A stretch of 64,000 bases of DNA from the NCBI GenBank assembly GCA_963666925.2, contig CAXXTC010000005.1, forward strand, positions 64,001-128,000. The letters are read 5' to 3'. The position numbers were made by a program, and so were the translations under genes. The notes under the pieces are model-generated. The model saw only the letters and a program-made list of their open reading frames with translations, did not search any database and was not told the DNA's origin. The DNA is from Phycisphaerae bacterium. GTDB taxonomy: Bacteria > Planctomycetota > Phycisphaerae > UBA1845 > Fen-1342. Position 1 is the first letter of the stretch; each line of letters opens with the position of its first letter. Positions 1 through 12,236 of this stretch are shown here, in pieces.

Positions 1-265
1 GGCCGTTATCGTCGTGCCAGGTCTCCTCGTGCACATACCGCGCGTCCGCGGGGGCAATCCGCTCATAAAACGCCTTCAGATCGTGGTTAAGCAGTCCCGG
101 CTCCGCCTCGGTGGTCGTGATACCCGCCGTCGACCCGACCACGAACACCACCGCGATACCGCTGTGCAGCCCCGCTCCCGCCACGATCCGCTGCACCTCC
201 CCGCTGATATCCAGCACGTGCCCGTTGCCCCGTGTCGCAATCCGAATCCGATCGCTGTGCGTCAT
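1..265 (-). CDS. yjbQ: YjbQ/UPF0047 family protein (secondary thiamine-phosphate synthase-like), 3' partial
   Basis: Not in the ORF track because it runs off the window. Manual translation from ATG at 265 with GAGGAG RBS gives MTHSDRIRIATRGNGHVLDISGEVQRIV...FVVGSTAGITTTEAEPGLLNHDL...YVHEETWHDDNG, typical YjbQ motifs. Confidence 0.85.
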   Translation of the reverse strand, partial: MTHSDRIRIATRGNGHVLDISGEVQRIVAGAGLHSGIAVVFVVGSTAGITTTEAEPGLLNHDLKAFYERIAPADARYVHEETWHDDNG

Positions 266-456
266 ATTCGCTCCTCGCTGGCCCTGCCCCGCAGCTGCGG
301 GTTGGCTCGCATCCGCCGGTTCGGTACACTCCCCGGTCAGTGTAGCATCCCCGGCCGCGGCAGCGGGCAGCGGCGGCGAAGATGCTGCGGCCGATATCGT
401 CTGCGTACCGCGTGCCCGCGGCAAATCTGCGCACCCGTCCGCCGAGAACAAGCTAC

Positions 457-1602
457 ATGAATACAGCACCCATGTCAGATGATCACCGCGTGCTCGTACA
501 GGGCGTCCACGACTACGCCTGCGGCGAGCTTCTCGAACTCGACCACGAATGGGACAAACACGAACGCTCCTGCTGCGAACGCCTCAGCCAGCTCTACGAA
601 ATGGGCCTGATGGCGCTACGCGTGCCCGAATCCAACGGCGGGCTCGAATGCCCCATGGTGCCCTATGCCCACATCATCCGCGAGTTGGCCTACGCCTCGC
701 CCGCTGTCGCCGTCACCGTCAGCGTCCACAACATGGTTTGTGAAGCCGTCAAGATGTTCGCCAACCCCGAGCTGCGTAGCCGCATGCTGACCCAGCTCGC
801 CACCGACGACAACCTCGCCGCCTTCGCCATCAGCGAACCCGACGCCGGCTCCGACCCCGGATGCGCCAAAACCCGTGCAAACGAAACCACCGGCGGCTGG
901 AAAATCACCGGCACCAAATTCTGGGTCACCAACGGAATCACCGGACGCTGGTTCATCGTCCTCGCCCGCACCGGCGACACCGGCACACACCGCGACCTCA
1001 GCATGTTCCTCGTCGACGCCCGCCAGGACGGCGTCCAACGCCAGCCAATCCATGGAAAAATGGGCATCCGCGGATCCGAAACCGGCGAAATGGTCCTCGA
1101 CGACGTATTCGTCCCCCGCGAAAACCTCCTCGGCGAACTCGGCGACGGACTCAAAATCGCCCTCTCCGCACTCGACGGTGGACGCATCGGCATTGCCTCA
1201 CAGGCCGTCGGCATCGCCCAGGCCTGCATCGATCACATGGTCAGCTACGCCCGCGAGCGCCAGCAGTTCCGCCGACCAATCGCCGACTTCCAGGCTATCC
1301 AGTGGATGATCGCCGACAGCGAAACCGAACTGCACGCTTCACAACTGCTCGTCGATCACGCCGCCGCCTGCAAAGAGGCCGACGAGGCCTTCACCCAGCC
1401 CGCGTCCATGGCCAAACTGTTCGCCACCGAGGCCGCCAATCGCATCGCCTACCGCGCCGTGCAAATCCATGGCGGCTCGGGCTACATCAACGAGTGCCGC
1501 GTCGAACAGCTTTATCGCGACGCCCGCATCACCACCATTTACGAAGGCACCAGCGAGATTCAGCGCCTGGTCATCGCGCGCGAGGCCCTGCGCCCTGAAT
1601 GA
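457..1602 (+). CDS. Acyl-CoA dehydrogenase (short/branched-chain type)
   Basis: Motifs FAISEPDAGSD, GTKFWVTNG, KMGIRGSET, RQQFRRPIADFQ, QIHGGSGY, IYEGTSEIQR. Start chosen at ATG 457. Confidence 0.93.
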   Translation: MNTAPMSDDHRVLVQGVHDYACGELLELDHEWDKHERSCCERLSQLYEMGLMALRVPESNGGLECPMVPYAHIIRELAYASPAVAVTVSVHNMVCEAVKMFANPELRSRMLTQLATDDNLAAFAISEPDAGSDPGCAKTRANETTGGWKITGTKFWVTNGITGRWFIVLARTGDTGTHRDLSMFLVDARQDGVQRQPIHGKMGIRGSETGEMVLDDVFVPRENLLGELGDGLKIALSALDGGRIGIASQAVGIAQACIDHMVSYARERQQFRRPIADFQAIQWMIADSETELHASQLLVDHAAACKEADEAFTQPASMAKLFATEAANRIAYRAVQIHGGSGYINECRVEQLYRDARITTIYEGTSEIQRLVIAREALRPE

Positions 1603-1618
1603 ATACCGCGCCAGAACC

Positions 1619-3085
1619 CTACTCGATTTCAGCCGTCAGCCGGAACGACGTTATCACCGCCCGGCAACCGCTGTTCGTAATTAACTCGCCCCTCACGACG
1701 TACTGGCCCGGATCGCGACCCGGGTAGATCAACCGCCCCTCAATCGTCACATAACCAACGCCCAGGGCGGTCGCGATCTGTTCGAACGCCGCTTGCAGCT
1801 CCTCGTTGTTGCTCGCTTCCGCAAACGCCCCCTCGGTCTCCACGGCCACCCGCTGCAATTCGGAGAAATCAACCTCGCTGCCCATCCCGATCGTGCACAC
1901 ACGCGAGAACTGATTGGTAGCGGTCTCGATCACGTCGTCCGCATCGTGGGTACTCAGCGTATCCCCACCATCGGTCATCAACACCACCACGCCACCGAGA
2001 ACGATGTGTTCATCCAACATCGCTAGCGCATCCATCGCCGAGTCCCACAGCGGAGTCCCGCCATCTGCGTCCAGCAGCTCCAGCGCCGCGCGCAGATCCG
2101 TCTGGTCACTCGTGAAATCCTGCAAAACGCGCGAGGCGTGATACAGACCATCGTCCCCCGGAAACGCCAGCACCGCCGCCTCGTCATCCTCCGGATCCAT
2201 CTGACTGATCAACGCCAGCCCCCCCGCCTGACGCCCCGTACCATCCGGATCGTTCCACGCCATGCTCCCGGAACAGTCGAAATCCAGCACCGCCGTCAGG
2301 GCCGCCGCCTCGGGCAGATGCACCGTCACCCGCACCACGGCCGGGTTGTTCACGTAATGACTCAGCCCGCCGCCCACGGGGATCAGACGCACGTTGCGAA
2401 ACTCAAAGTTCGATACGTCCAGCCCGTCTTCGATCAGGTTCCCGAAAACGTCCTGAACCGACAGCGAGATCTCCAGCTCACCCTCATACGTAGTCAGCCG
2501 CGCCGCGCCGCCCACCTGCGGGGCCGTAAACACCGGCGTCTCCAGGCTGGGTACGAACACGATCGCGTCATCAGCGCCGGCCACCCCATCCGGGTCCGTT
2601 ACCGTAAGCCGAAACTCCAACATGCAGGTGTCGGGGGTCTCCGCTACGGTAAACCGCGCCCGCGACTTGTCGGCGTCCAGGATCGTTACGCGGGTGTCCG
2701 AATCGTCCACCTGCTTCCATCGCCAGGTAACCTCGGATATGTCGTACTCTGAACTCTCCTGCATATACGTACCGCTACCGTCCAGCACCACCTCGTCGCC
2801 CGGATACGCCGACTGCGCTCCGCCCGCATCCACGATGAACGACAACCCCACGCCCGCCGGCCCCTCAGAGCCGGTCGCGCCCGTAGCACCCTGAAGCCCC
2901 CGTGGGCCTTCCTCCCCCTGTTCGCCCTGTGCGCCGGTCGCGCCCTCCACAACCGTCGGTGACTCCTGAGCCGTCTGCTCGTCGTCGCCTCCGCCGGTCG
3001 CAGATGTCGAATCCGTCGGACAGCCGCCGACAACAAGCACCAAAACCATAACCGGAATCAGCGGAAGGATAGGTGAGGATCGCAT
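1619..3085 (-). CDS. Lipoprotein with collagen-like G-X-Y repeat, PKD-like domain and C-terminal VWA domain
   Basis: Lipobox VVGGC, about 10 G-X-Y triplets (GATGAQGEQGEEGPRGLQG...), DAG..Q..YPGDEVVLDGS PKD-like motif, MIDAS DCSGS, GGTPLWD, MTDG. Confidence 0.8.
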   Translation of the reverse strand: MRSSPILPLIPVMVLVLVVGGCPTDSTSATGGGDDEQTAQESPTVVEGATGAQGEQGEEGPRGLQGATGATGSEGPAGVGLSFIVDAGGAQSAYPGDEVVLDGSGTYMQESSEYDISEVTWRWKQVDDSDTRVTILDADKSRARFTVAETPDTCMLEFRLTVTDPDGVAGADDAIVFVPSLETPVFTAPQVGGAARLTTYEGELEISLSVQDVFGNLIEDGLDVSNFEFRNVRLIPVGGGLSHYVNNPAVVRVTVHLPEAAALTAVLDFDCSGSMAWNDPDGTGRQAGGLALISQMDPEDDEAAVLAFPGDDGLYHASRVLQDFTSDQTDLRAALELLDADGGTPLWDSAMDALAMLDEHIVLGGVVVLMTDGGDTLSTHDADDVIETATNQFSRVCTIGMGSEVDFSELQRVAVETEGAFAEASNNEELQAAFEQIATALGVGYVTIEGRLIYPGRDPGQYVVRGELITNSGCRAVITSFRLTAEIE

Positions 3086-3287
3086 GATGAAGCCTCCCGC
3101 CAGGCCTCATCGCAGTCCGGCACGGCGCGAGGAGGCCCGGACCTCGTGCACAAGCGAGCAACCGGGCCGCACAAACCTCCGCACGGCCACTCGACCCGCC
3201 GACCACATTATACCCTCCCCGCATACCCGCACCAACCGTCACTGAGCCGGTGCGGGTAGCGGAGCAAGGACCGGTCATATCCTCTTT

Positions 3288-5459
3288 CTAGGCGTCACCG
3301 ACCAGGGCTTCAATAAACCCATCGATGTCGTCGAAGTTGACCACACCGTTGCCGTCCAAATCAGCGTTCATGTATTCACAATCCGGATAGTCCGCCTCGT
3401 ACTGCGCCTGATCCACCAGCGCCAGCACAAACGGGTCTATATCGTCAAAGTTGACAAACGCGTCGCAGTTCATGTCGCCGGGAACCTGGTCGGGTGACTC
3501 GAGCCCCCACAACTCCACGTCGTCGATGTTCCAGCCACAATACTGCCAACTGTAATCCGTTGGCCCAATAGTCCAACGCAGATACACAGTCGGCTGGCCA
3601 TCGGCATACGTCGCGATGTCAAACTCCTGCGCCACCCAGGCACCGTCGCTGATCTCCTGCTCGTTCTCCCACAGCGTGGTCCAGTTGACACCGTCATTGC
3701 TGATCCGCAAGTACGCGTGATCGTACGACGGCTGTTCAACACCCAGCCAGCGCCAGAAACGCAACGAGAGTGCGCCGAGGTTGCTGCAATCGATGGCTCT
3801 CGTCGTCAGGTGCGTCTCTTCCAACTGATTCTCATAATCGCCGCTCAGGTTGTACCCATACACGTTGTCGCCCGTATAGCCGCTGGTCGGGTCTGGATCG
3901 CCGTAGTCGCCACCACCACCAGTCGGCTCGCCCCAGGCCCACAGCCCTTCCGTGGTCCAGCCCGGGTTGGTGTCCATCGTCCACTCCAGCACCTTGCTCG
4001 GCTCACCAACGCGTAGCGATACCGTCCGCTCCGTATCACCCTCGTGCGTCGTCAGGTTCACGAAGCTGATCACGTCGCTGTAGGCCCCGATCGGGAACGA
4101 ATCCGCCAGCGAGTTGATCGCCACCGTCACCGTCGCCGTACCACTCGCTGACAACACTCCCGCGCCACCCGTAATGGTAACCCAGGATTGCATACCGGTA
4201 ACCTCATACTCGATCTCGTACTCTTCCAGGTTCTCAATCTCAAAATCCACGCTCGCCGGCGTGAACGGCCCACCAGGATCACCGGTAGCCGTCAGCCCAT
4301 TCCCCGGCGTAACGCGGATCCCGATCATCGGAATGCACGAGCCCGTCGGGTTAGCCAGCGCGTTCTGCAATCCGCTGTGGTTAGCACCGGTACCCACGTT
4401 GTAGCCATCGTACCCACACCCGCCATGGGTATGGATGCCGATCGCCTCACCAGTCTCCTCCAGCACCACCGGCGAGCCCGAATTACCGCCCGTCGTGTCC
4501 GTCGTGTAACCCACCAGCGTATCATCGAAGACCGCGTAGGGCCCCACGTGCGTCTTCTGTACCTGCTCCCATTCGTACGGTATCGGCGAATACACTACCC
4601 CATAACCCGTGATCCGAATCGATTGGTCCGTTACACTCGGCGGCATCGCCAGCGTATACCACGCACCCTGCACCTCGACCGGGTACAGCCCGGTGTTCGA
4701 GTTCGGGTAGCAGCCGAAATAGCCCCAGTCGTCTCCTTGCCCCAATCCGCCGTTGGTCTGCAACGAATCCATGTCAATCGCGTACTGATCCTCCGGGCCG
4801 GGATGGTTCAGCGAGCCGTCCGAATCAGACAGCGGCACGTTGAACTCAACCGTATCGTTCGAATCGGTGCAGTGACCCGCGGTGAGAAAGCAGTGATTGC
4901 AATCGTCAATCATCCACGCCGTACAGCCACCCGGCAACAAACGTCCCTGGCGATCGTCATACGACAGGACACGATCATCATCGTCACCACAAATCGATCG
5001 CTCACCGCCGCCCAGCGTCTGCCCGGTAATAGCTTGGCTGATCGATACGCGATTGCGGCCCGTACCCGGATAGGCCACCAATTCGACCGTCACCGCGTCC
5101 CCATTGAAGTACGCCGACGTGTAACGCCACTGCCGCAGATGCTCGGCATTGAGATATTGATAGGCGCCATCAAGCTCGGACGTGATCAGCAGGTACGATT
5201 CCTGCCCGCTGCCAACCGTGCCGGCCAACTCCGCCCGATCAAAATGCACACGCAGCCAACTCGCTCCCGGCACAACTACACGTTTGGAATACACCACCGC
5301 CGCGTCGCGCGTCGTGTTCTCCACGAAACCCGAATCCAGCGACAGGGCCATCTTCTGGAACTGCATACCGGCTTCCTGTCCGACGGCCTCCGCCGACAGG
5401 CCGCTCAACATCAGCGCCACCAGCGCACCGGCGCTGATCGTCATCATCCCTTTGCGCAT
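3288..5459 (-). CDS. Secreted trypsin-like (S1) serine protease with BACON-like, carbohydrate-binding-like and dockerin-like C-terminal domains
   Basis: Signal peptide, catalytic motifs TAGHC / GDDWG / GGNSGSPV, C-terminal GDMNCD...NFDDIDPF...ADLDGNGVVNFDDID duplication. Start ATG 5459 has a GGAG RBS. Confidence 0.85.
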   Translation of the reverse strand: MRKGMMTISAGALVALMLSGLSAEAVGQEAGMQFQKMALSLDSGFVENTTRDAAVVYSKRVVVPGASWLRVHFDRAELAGTVGSGQESYLLITSELDGAYQYLNAEHLRQWRYTSAYFNGDAVTVELVAYPGTGRNRVSISQAITGQTLGGGERSICGDDDDRVLSYDDRQGRLLPGGCTAWMIDDCNHCFLTAGHCTDSNDTVEFNVPLSDSDGSLNHPGPEDQYAIDMDSLQTNGGLGQGDDWGYFGCYPNSNTGLYPVEVQGAWYTLAMPPSVTDQSIRITGYGVVYSPIPYEWEQVQKTHVGPYAVFDDTLVGYTTDTTGGNSGSPVVLEETGEAIGIHTHGGCGYDGYNVGTGANHSGLQNALANPTGSCIPMIGIRVTPGNGLTATGDPGGPFTPASVDFEIENLEEYEIEYEVTGMQSWVTITGGAGVLSASGTATVTVAINSLADSFPIGAYSDVISFVNLTTHEGDTERTVSLRVGEPSKVLEWTMDTNPGWTTEGLWAWGEPTGGGGDYGDPDPTSGYTGDNVYGYNLSGDYENQLEETHLTTRAIDCSNLGALSLRFWRWLGVEQPSYDHAYLRISNDGVNWTTLWENEQEISDGAWVAQEFDIATYADGQPTVYLRWTIGPTDYSWQYCGWNIDDVELWGLESPDQVPGDMNCDAFVNFDDIDPFVLALVDQAQYEADYPDCEYMNADLDGNGVVNFDDIDGFIEALVGDA

Positions 5460-5634
5460 CTTCGTAAAACTCCGTTTGATGGGCACACCTGCCGCACCGC
5501 CCGCCGACAATCCCCACGGATCGCCGCCAGCGGCCGGACGATATGCCAAGCCGTCATCCCAGTGCTATTTATGAGGTTAGATCGTCGTAGCGGGTGAAGC
5601 AAGCAATTTCCGCATCCCGGATTACCGGACCCGC

Positions 5635-6144
5635 TCAGCCCGGCACCACCCCACCCATCTGTTCATTCCCCAGCGCATACAGACCCCGCACATCCGACTT
5701 CTCGTTCATGTGCGCCGCAACCACTTCGCCAACGAATATCACGTGATCGCCCGTTTCAAACTCGCCCACCAGTCGACATTCAAAGTTCGCCACCGCATCC
5801 GCCAGCAGAACACCGTCGATCTCCCGCGCCGGCTGCGTTTGCGTCCCGCACCGGGCCAGCTTGTCCTGCGACCGCCCCGACTCCGTCCCGTGATAGCACG
5901 CATCCGCCTCCATCGACGACGCCGGGAAACTCAACACAAACTCCCGCGCCGACCGCAACGCCCCCAGCGAATGACGCGTCTTCCCGATCGAGATCGCCAG
6001 CATCGGCGGCTCGTGCGAGGTGTTCATGAACCAGCACAGCGTTATCGGGTTGTATTTGCCCTGCGCATCTTTCGCGATCGCAATCGCAACCCCCTCCGGA
6101 TACTTGCGCCGCAGCGCCTCGTCGTAAGACACTCTGACCTGCAT
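5635..6144 (-). CDS. Flavin reductase-like (DIM6/NTAB, flavoredoxin) protein
   Basis: SHEPPMLAISI, REFVLS, G..SGRSQDK, FECRL, GDHVIFVGEVV. ATG 6144 with GGAG RBS. Confidence 0.88.
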   Translation of the reverse strand: MQVRVSYDEALRRKYPEGVAIAIAKDAQGKYNPITLCWFMNTSHEPPMLAISIGKTRHSLGALRSAREFVLSFPASSMEADACYHGTESGRSQDKLARCGTQTQPAREIDGVLLADAVANFECRLVGEFETGDHVIFVGEVVAAHMNEKSDVRGLYALGNEQMGGVVPG

Positions 6145-6492
6145 GTCGTTCTCCCGGGAACTTCCGATAGCGAATCTCTGCGTATCGGTCAGAGACCAGC
6201 ATACCCGCCCCGGGTTGAACAACCACCCCAGCGCACTAAAACGGCCACGCGCAGCACCTGGCCGCCGCTCTTATCAGACCCCGGCAACCTCCCGACAACT
6301 CTAGCCCTTGAAAGACAACAGCCAGCCGAATTGGGTCGATGTTGGATGAACAAAGGGGTGCCTGATGGACTGTGCCTGATCCGCCCTAGCTGGATCCGAC
6401 CGTGTCAACAGGCAGTGGGAAAGCGTGCCGGAGGGGCGCAGCCGTTGGCAACGTTGCCGATGGAGTAGTCGCCATGATGTCAGAGCACGACC

Positions 6493-8120
<1,628 letters not shown>

Positions 8121-8121
<1 letters not shown>

Positions 8122-8333
8122 TGTCCGAAACCATGTATCAATGTCGTGATTGCGGTGCTCAGTTCGAACTGGCCGTGATCGATCCGAACCGGCCAGACGA
8201 GCCGGCGTGTCCGGTTTGCGGCAGCAGCCGCGGGATTGTTCAGAGTCGCCCCGCAGAGGACAACGCACTGCCGAAGTTCCTCAGCCAGCGGGACCTGCGT
8301 GAGCGGAAACGGAGCTGCCGCCGGTCGATATGA
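8121..8333 (+). CDS. FmdB-family zinc-ribbon protein (possible Sec read-through to 8342)
   Basis: MYQCRDCGAQFE...ACPVCGS, two CxxC motifs; ATG overlaps the kinase stop. Confidence 0.75.
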
Positions 8334-8565
8334 CGGCGTTAGGGAATGGCCCGCAGTTGGCGGGCTGGCGGCGACCTGGGGGGCGCAGGCGAGGCAAATA
8401 GCGTAACGTGGGGCGGAACTGGCGCGTGGAGCGTGCGTGAACGGGGGATTCAGGGTATAAGGTGGGTTTGCAATTTGCGCGCTGCTGGCGGGAAGAGGGT
8501 CGCCGGCACAAGGAAGCGTGCTGTCGCTTGACTTGGGCGAGCCCCGATCGAGAGAGGACGACATC

Positions 8566-8838
8566 ATGTGCCTGGCCGTTCCGGGCAAGGTGCTTGAGTG
8601 CGAGGCTGATGAGGCCTTGATTGACCTGCAAGGCAACCGGCTTAAGGTCAGCAAGGTGCTCACGCCTGAAGTTGAGCCGGGGGATTGGGTGCTGGTGCAC
8701 GCCGGCTTCGCCATCTCCACGTTGGACGAGCAGGAAGCCCTCGAAACGTGGGACTACCTGCAACAGGCGTTTGGCGAAGACCTGGCAGGCCTGCACGACC
8801 CGGCCCCTCCGTCCGCCACGGAGAACCCCCCGACGTGA
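8566..8838 (+). CDS. hypC: Hydrogenase maturation chaperone HypC
   Basis: MCLAVPGKV...GDWVLVHAGFAI with GAGGA RBS. Confidence 0.96.
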   Translation: MCLAVPGKVLECEADEALIDLQGNRLKVSKVLTPEVEPGDWVLVHAGFAISTLDEQEALETWDYLQQAFGEDLAGLHDPAPPSATENPPT

Positions 8839-9923
8839 CTGCCGACCTCGCCCAGGCCCGCAGGGAGTTACACGAGCTCTGCTCCGGGTATGCGCAGCGC
8901 ATCCAGGTCATGGAAGTTTGCGGCACACATACGGTGGCGATCTTCCGCAGCGGTTTGCGCTCACTGCTACCCGCGAACCTGCGGCTGGTGAGCGGGCCGG
9001 GCTGCCCGGTGTGCGTCACCGCGCAACGCCACGTGGACGCCGCCCTGGAATTGGCCGGCCGACCGGAAGTATTGCTGGCAACCTACGGCGACATGGTGCG
9101 CGTGCCGGGCGGAGCAGGCAGCCTGGAGCAGTTGCGGGCACGCGGGGCGCGGGTACACGTGATCAACTCGGCCCGCACGGCACTCGAGCTGGTCCGTAAA
9201 CATCCGGACCAACAGGTGGTGCTGCTGGGCGTGGGGTTTGAAACGACCGCGCCGGCGACGGCGGCTACCGTGCTGGAAGCTGACCGCGACAACCTCACGA
9301 ATTTCAGCGTGCTGATGTGCCACAAGCTGGTGGTGCCGGCCATGCAGGCGCTGTTGCAGGCGGGGGATGTGCCGCTGGATGGGTTCCTGGCGCCGGGGCA
9401 CGTCAGCGTGATTATCGGAACGCAGGCCTACGGGCCGGTGGTGCAGGATCACGGACGGCCGGTGGTAGTGGCCGGGTTTGAGCCACAACAGATCATCAGC
9501 GGATTGCTGTACCTGGTGCGGCAGATCGTCGCGGGGCGGGCCGAGATTGAGAACGTATATGCCGGCGTGGTGAGCGATGACGGCAACCGCGTGGCGCAGG
9601 AGATGATCGAGCGGGTTTTCGTGGTGGCGAACGCTCCGTGGCGCGAGTTGGGGACGATTCCGCAATCGGGGCTGGAGTTGGCGCCGGCGTATCGGCGGTT
9701 TGATGCGTTGGAACGGTTCGGGGTCGAGCTGGGGCCCGACGAGACTCATCCGCTGTGCCGGTGTGGCGAGGTCATTACCGGGCGGGCGGAGCCGATCGAA
9801 TGCCCGGCGTTCGCCGACCCATGCACGCCACTGAACCCGATCGGGCCCTGCATGGTGAGCAGCGAGGGGACCTGTGCGGCCTGGTACAAGTACAACCGGG
9901 CAGCGGCCATGCCACTGAGGTAG
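8835..9923 (+). CDS. hypD: Hydrogenase maturation protein HypD
   Basis: MEVCGTHT, GPGCPVC, GFETTAP, PGHVS, PIGPCMVSSEGTCAAWY. GTG start overlaps the hypC stop. Confidence 0.96.
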   Translation: MTADLAQARRELHELCSGYAQRIQVMEVCGTHTVAIFRSGLRSLLPANLRLVSGPGCPVCVTAQRHVDAALELAGRPEVLLATYGDMVRVPGGAGSLEQLRARGARVHVINSARTALELVRKHPDQQVVLLGVGFETTAPATAATVLEADRDNLTNFSVLMCHKLVVPAMQALLQAGDVPLDGFLAPGHVSVIIGTQAYGPVVQDHGRPVVVAGFEPQQIISGLLYLVRQIVAGRAEIENVYAGVVSDDGNRVAQEMIERVFVVANAPWRELGTIPQSGLELAPAYRRFDALERFGVELGPDETHPLCRCGEVITGRAEPIECPAFADPCTPLNPIGPCMVSSEGTCAAWYKYNRAAAMPLR

Positions 9924-9925
9924 CG

Positions 9926-10972
9926 ATGAGCACGACGCCGACAACCAGCGACGGGCGCGACCGGGTGGTGTTGGCCCACGGCGGCGGGGGCGAGTTGATG
10001 GGTCGGCTAATCCGCGAGCACCTGGTTCAGCCGCTGCGAAACGACCTGCTGGACGCGCTGACGGACGGCGTGTGCATCGACTGGCCGGACGGGCAGGTGG
10101 TGTTCACGACTGATTCGTATGTCGTTACGCCGCTGGAGTTTCCGGGCGGCGACATCGGTCGGCTGGCGGTCGCGGGGACGGTCAATGACCTAGCAGTGAT
10201 GGGCGCGGAGCCGATGGCATTGAGCCTGGGGCTGATCCTGGAAGAGGGTTTGCCGCTGGAGGTGCTGGACCGGATCGTGGGGTCGATCGCGCGGACGGCC
10301 GACGAGGCCAGCGTGCGGGTGGTCACCGGTGACACCAAGGTCATCGAGCGGCGCGGCGGCGGCGAGGAGCACCGGGCCGGCATGTTCATCAACACGGCGG
10401 GCGTTGGTCGGCCGCGGGCGAACGTGAAACTCGGGCTGGAGCGGGTTGAGCCGGGCGATGTGGTGCTGCTCAATGGCACGCTGGCCGATCACGGGCTAAC
10501 GGTGATGTCGGTACGGGAGGGGATCGAGTTTGAATCGGCGCTGCGGAGTGATGCAGCACCGTTGAACGGGCTGCTGGCGGCGGCGTTGGCGGCGGGGGAT
10601 GTGAAATTCGTTCGCGACGCAACGCGGGGCGGGGTGGCCGGCGTGCTGGCGGATATTGCCGAGAGCTGCCAGTTAAGCGTGGAGATCGACGAGGCGGCGC
10701 TGCCGATAGGGACGACGGCCCGCCATGCGGCCGAGATGCTCGGCCTGGACCCGCTGACCGTGGCAAATGAGGGCAAATGCGTGCTGGTGGTTGCAGCGGA
10801 TGCGGCGGAGCGGGTACTGACAGCGTGCCGGGAGCACGAGCTGGGCCGGCAGGCGGCGATTATCGGACGAGTGTCGGAGCAGGCGCCCCCGCTGGTGGAG
10901 CTGGTCACGCGGATTGGTGGTCGGCGTGTGGTGCAGCGGCCCTATGGCGAGGAGCTGCCGCGGATCTGTTGA
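9926..10972 (+). CDS. hypE: Carbamoyl dehydratase HypE
   Basis: LAHGGGG, FTTDSYVV, GTVNDLA, GDTKV, RDATRGG, ANEGK, C-terminal PRIC. Confidence 0.96.
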   Translation: MSTTPTTSDGRDRVVLAHGGGGELMGRLIREHLVQPLRNDLLDALTDGVCIDWPDGQVVFTTDSYVVTPLEFPGGDIGRLAVAGTVNDLAVMGAEPMALSLGLILEEGLPLEVLDRIVGSIARTADEASVRVVTGDTKVIERRGGGEEHRAGMFINTAGVGRPRANVKLGLERVEPGDVVLLNGTLADHGLTVMSVREGIEFESALRSDAAPLNGLLAAALAAGDVKFVRDATRGGVAGVLADIAESCQLSVEIDEAALPIGTTARHAAEMLGLDPLTVANEGKCVLVVAADAAERVLTACREHELGRQAAIIGRVSEQAPPLVELVTRIGGRRVVQRPYGEELPRIC

Positions 10973-11001
10973 GTGTGAGCGTGCTTTGAGAGTTGGTCGC
11001 G

Positions 11002-11364
11002 ATGCACGAACTATCGATAGCTACACAACTTATGGACCAGGTGCTGCGGGTGGCGGGCGAAAACGACGCCGGACGCGTGGTCGAGGTTGAGGTGCATTGC
11101 GGGGTGATGCAGCAGGTAGTGCCGGAAGCGCTGGAGATGGCGTTTGAGGCGGTGGCGGCGGGCACGGTTGCGGAAGGCAGCCGACTGGTAATCGTTGAGG
11201 ACGCGATGCGGGCGCGTTGCCGGGTTTGTGGGCACGAGTATGAGCCGAACATTGATGATTTTCTCTGTCCGAAATGCAGCCAAGCGAACGCGGAACTGCT
11301 GGTAGGACAAGACATTGTATTGCAGACGGTGATCTGCGAAACGGAAGACAGGGCGAAGCTATGA
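11002..11364 (+). CDS. hypA: Nickel metallochaperone HypA
   Basis: MHELSIA, CRVC and CPKC zinc motifs. Confidence 0.95.
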   Translation: MHELSIATQLMDQVLRVAGENDAGRVVEVEVHCGVMQQVVPEALEMAFEAVAAGTVAEGSRLVIVEDAMRARCRVCGHEYEPNIDDFLCPKCSQANAELLVGQDIVLQTVICETEDRAKL

Positions 11365-12038
11365 AGGTCAAGGTCGTTGAAAGCGTATTGAAGGCCAACG
11401 ATGCGGTGGCCCGCGAGAATCGTCGGCGGATGGATGCGGCGGGAGTGCTGGCGATCAACATCACCAGCGCGCCGGGCAGTGGCAAGACGGCGTTGCTGGA
11501 GCGAACCATCCCGGCGCTGGGCCCGGAAGCGCGGTGCGCGGTGCTGGTGGGCGACTTGCAGACGACGCGTGATGCGGAGCGGCTGGGCGCGGTGGCGGCG
11601 GAGACGGTGCAGATCAACACGGGGCGGGGCTGTCACTTGTCGGCGCCACAGGTCAACGAGGGGCTGGACAGCCTCGATTTGAGCGGGATCCAGTTCCTCT
11701 TCATCGAGAATGTGGGGAACATGGTTTGCCCGGCCGCGGTGGACCTGGGCGAGCACCTGCGGGTGGTGCTGCTAAGCGTGCCGGAGGGGGACGATAAGGT
11801 GGCGAAATACCCAACTCTGTTTCAACCGGCGGATGCGGTGCTGCTAACGAAGCAGGATCTGGTGGGTGTGCTTGACTGGGATCGGGCAAAAGTATATGAA
11901 GATCTTTCTCGGCTTAACACGCGTGCGACGCTGATCGAGTGCTCGCAGAAGACCGGTCAGGGGATGGAACAGTGGCTGGATTGGCTGCGTGAGCAGCGTC
12001 GGCAGCGTGCAAGCGGCGAATCGTCGGCGGGGGTCTGA
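11361..12038 (+). CDS. hypB: Nickel-insertion GTPase HypB
   Basis: SAPGSGKT, TGRGCHL, ENVGNMVCPA, SVPEGDDK..KYP. Confidence 0.95.
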   Translation: MKVKVVESVLKANDAVARENRRRMDAAGVLAINITSAPGSGKTALLERTIPALGPEARCAVLVGDLQTTRDAERLGAVAAETVQINTGRGCHLSAPQVNEGLDSLDLSGIQFLFIENVGNMVCPAAVDLGEHLRVVLLSVPEGDDKVAKYPTLFQPADAVLLTKQDLVGVLDWDRAKVYEDLSRLNTRATLIECSQKTGQGMEQWLDWLREQRRQRASGESSAGV

Positions 12039-12236
12039 AATACCCGGTGCAATCACCGGGTGATGTCGGTACTGGAAGCGGTACGCGACGATGAGCAGCT
12101 TTTTTTGTGGTTTCCGGAAGCGCGACATCGCTGGATGAGGGTCGCGTACCGGCCGGAGCCGTTGGGGCTTCGGCGCGGGATTCACGGACGAGTACGATAG
12201 GGCAACAGGAACAGGCTCGCAGGATCGAGGTAATTC

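Noticed and set aside
12040..12236. Regulatory RNA between hypB and hoxF
   Set aside because: A short hairpin (acccggtg-caat-caccgggt) and a T-run are present, but no recognisable family or operator could be supported.
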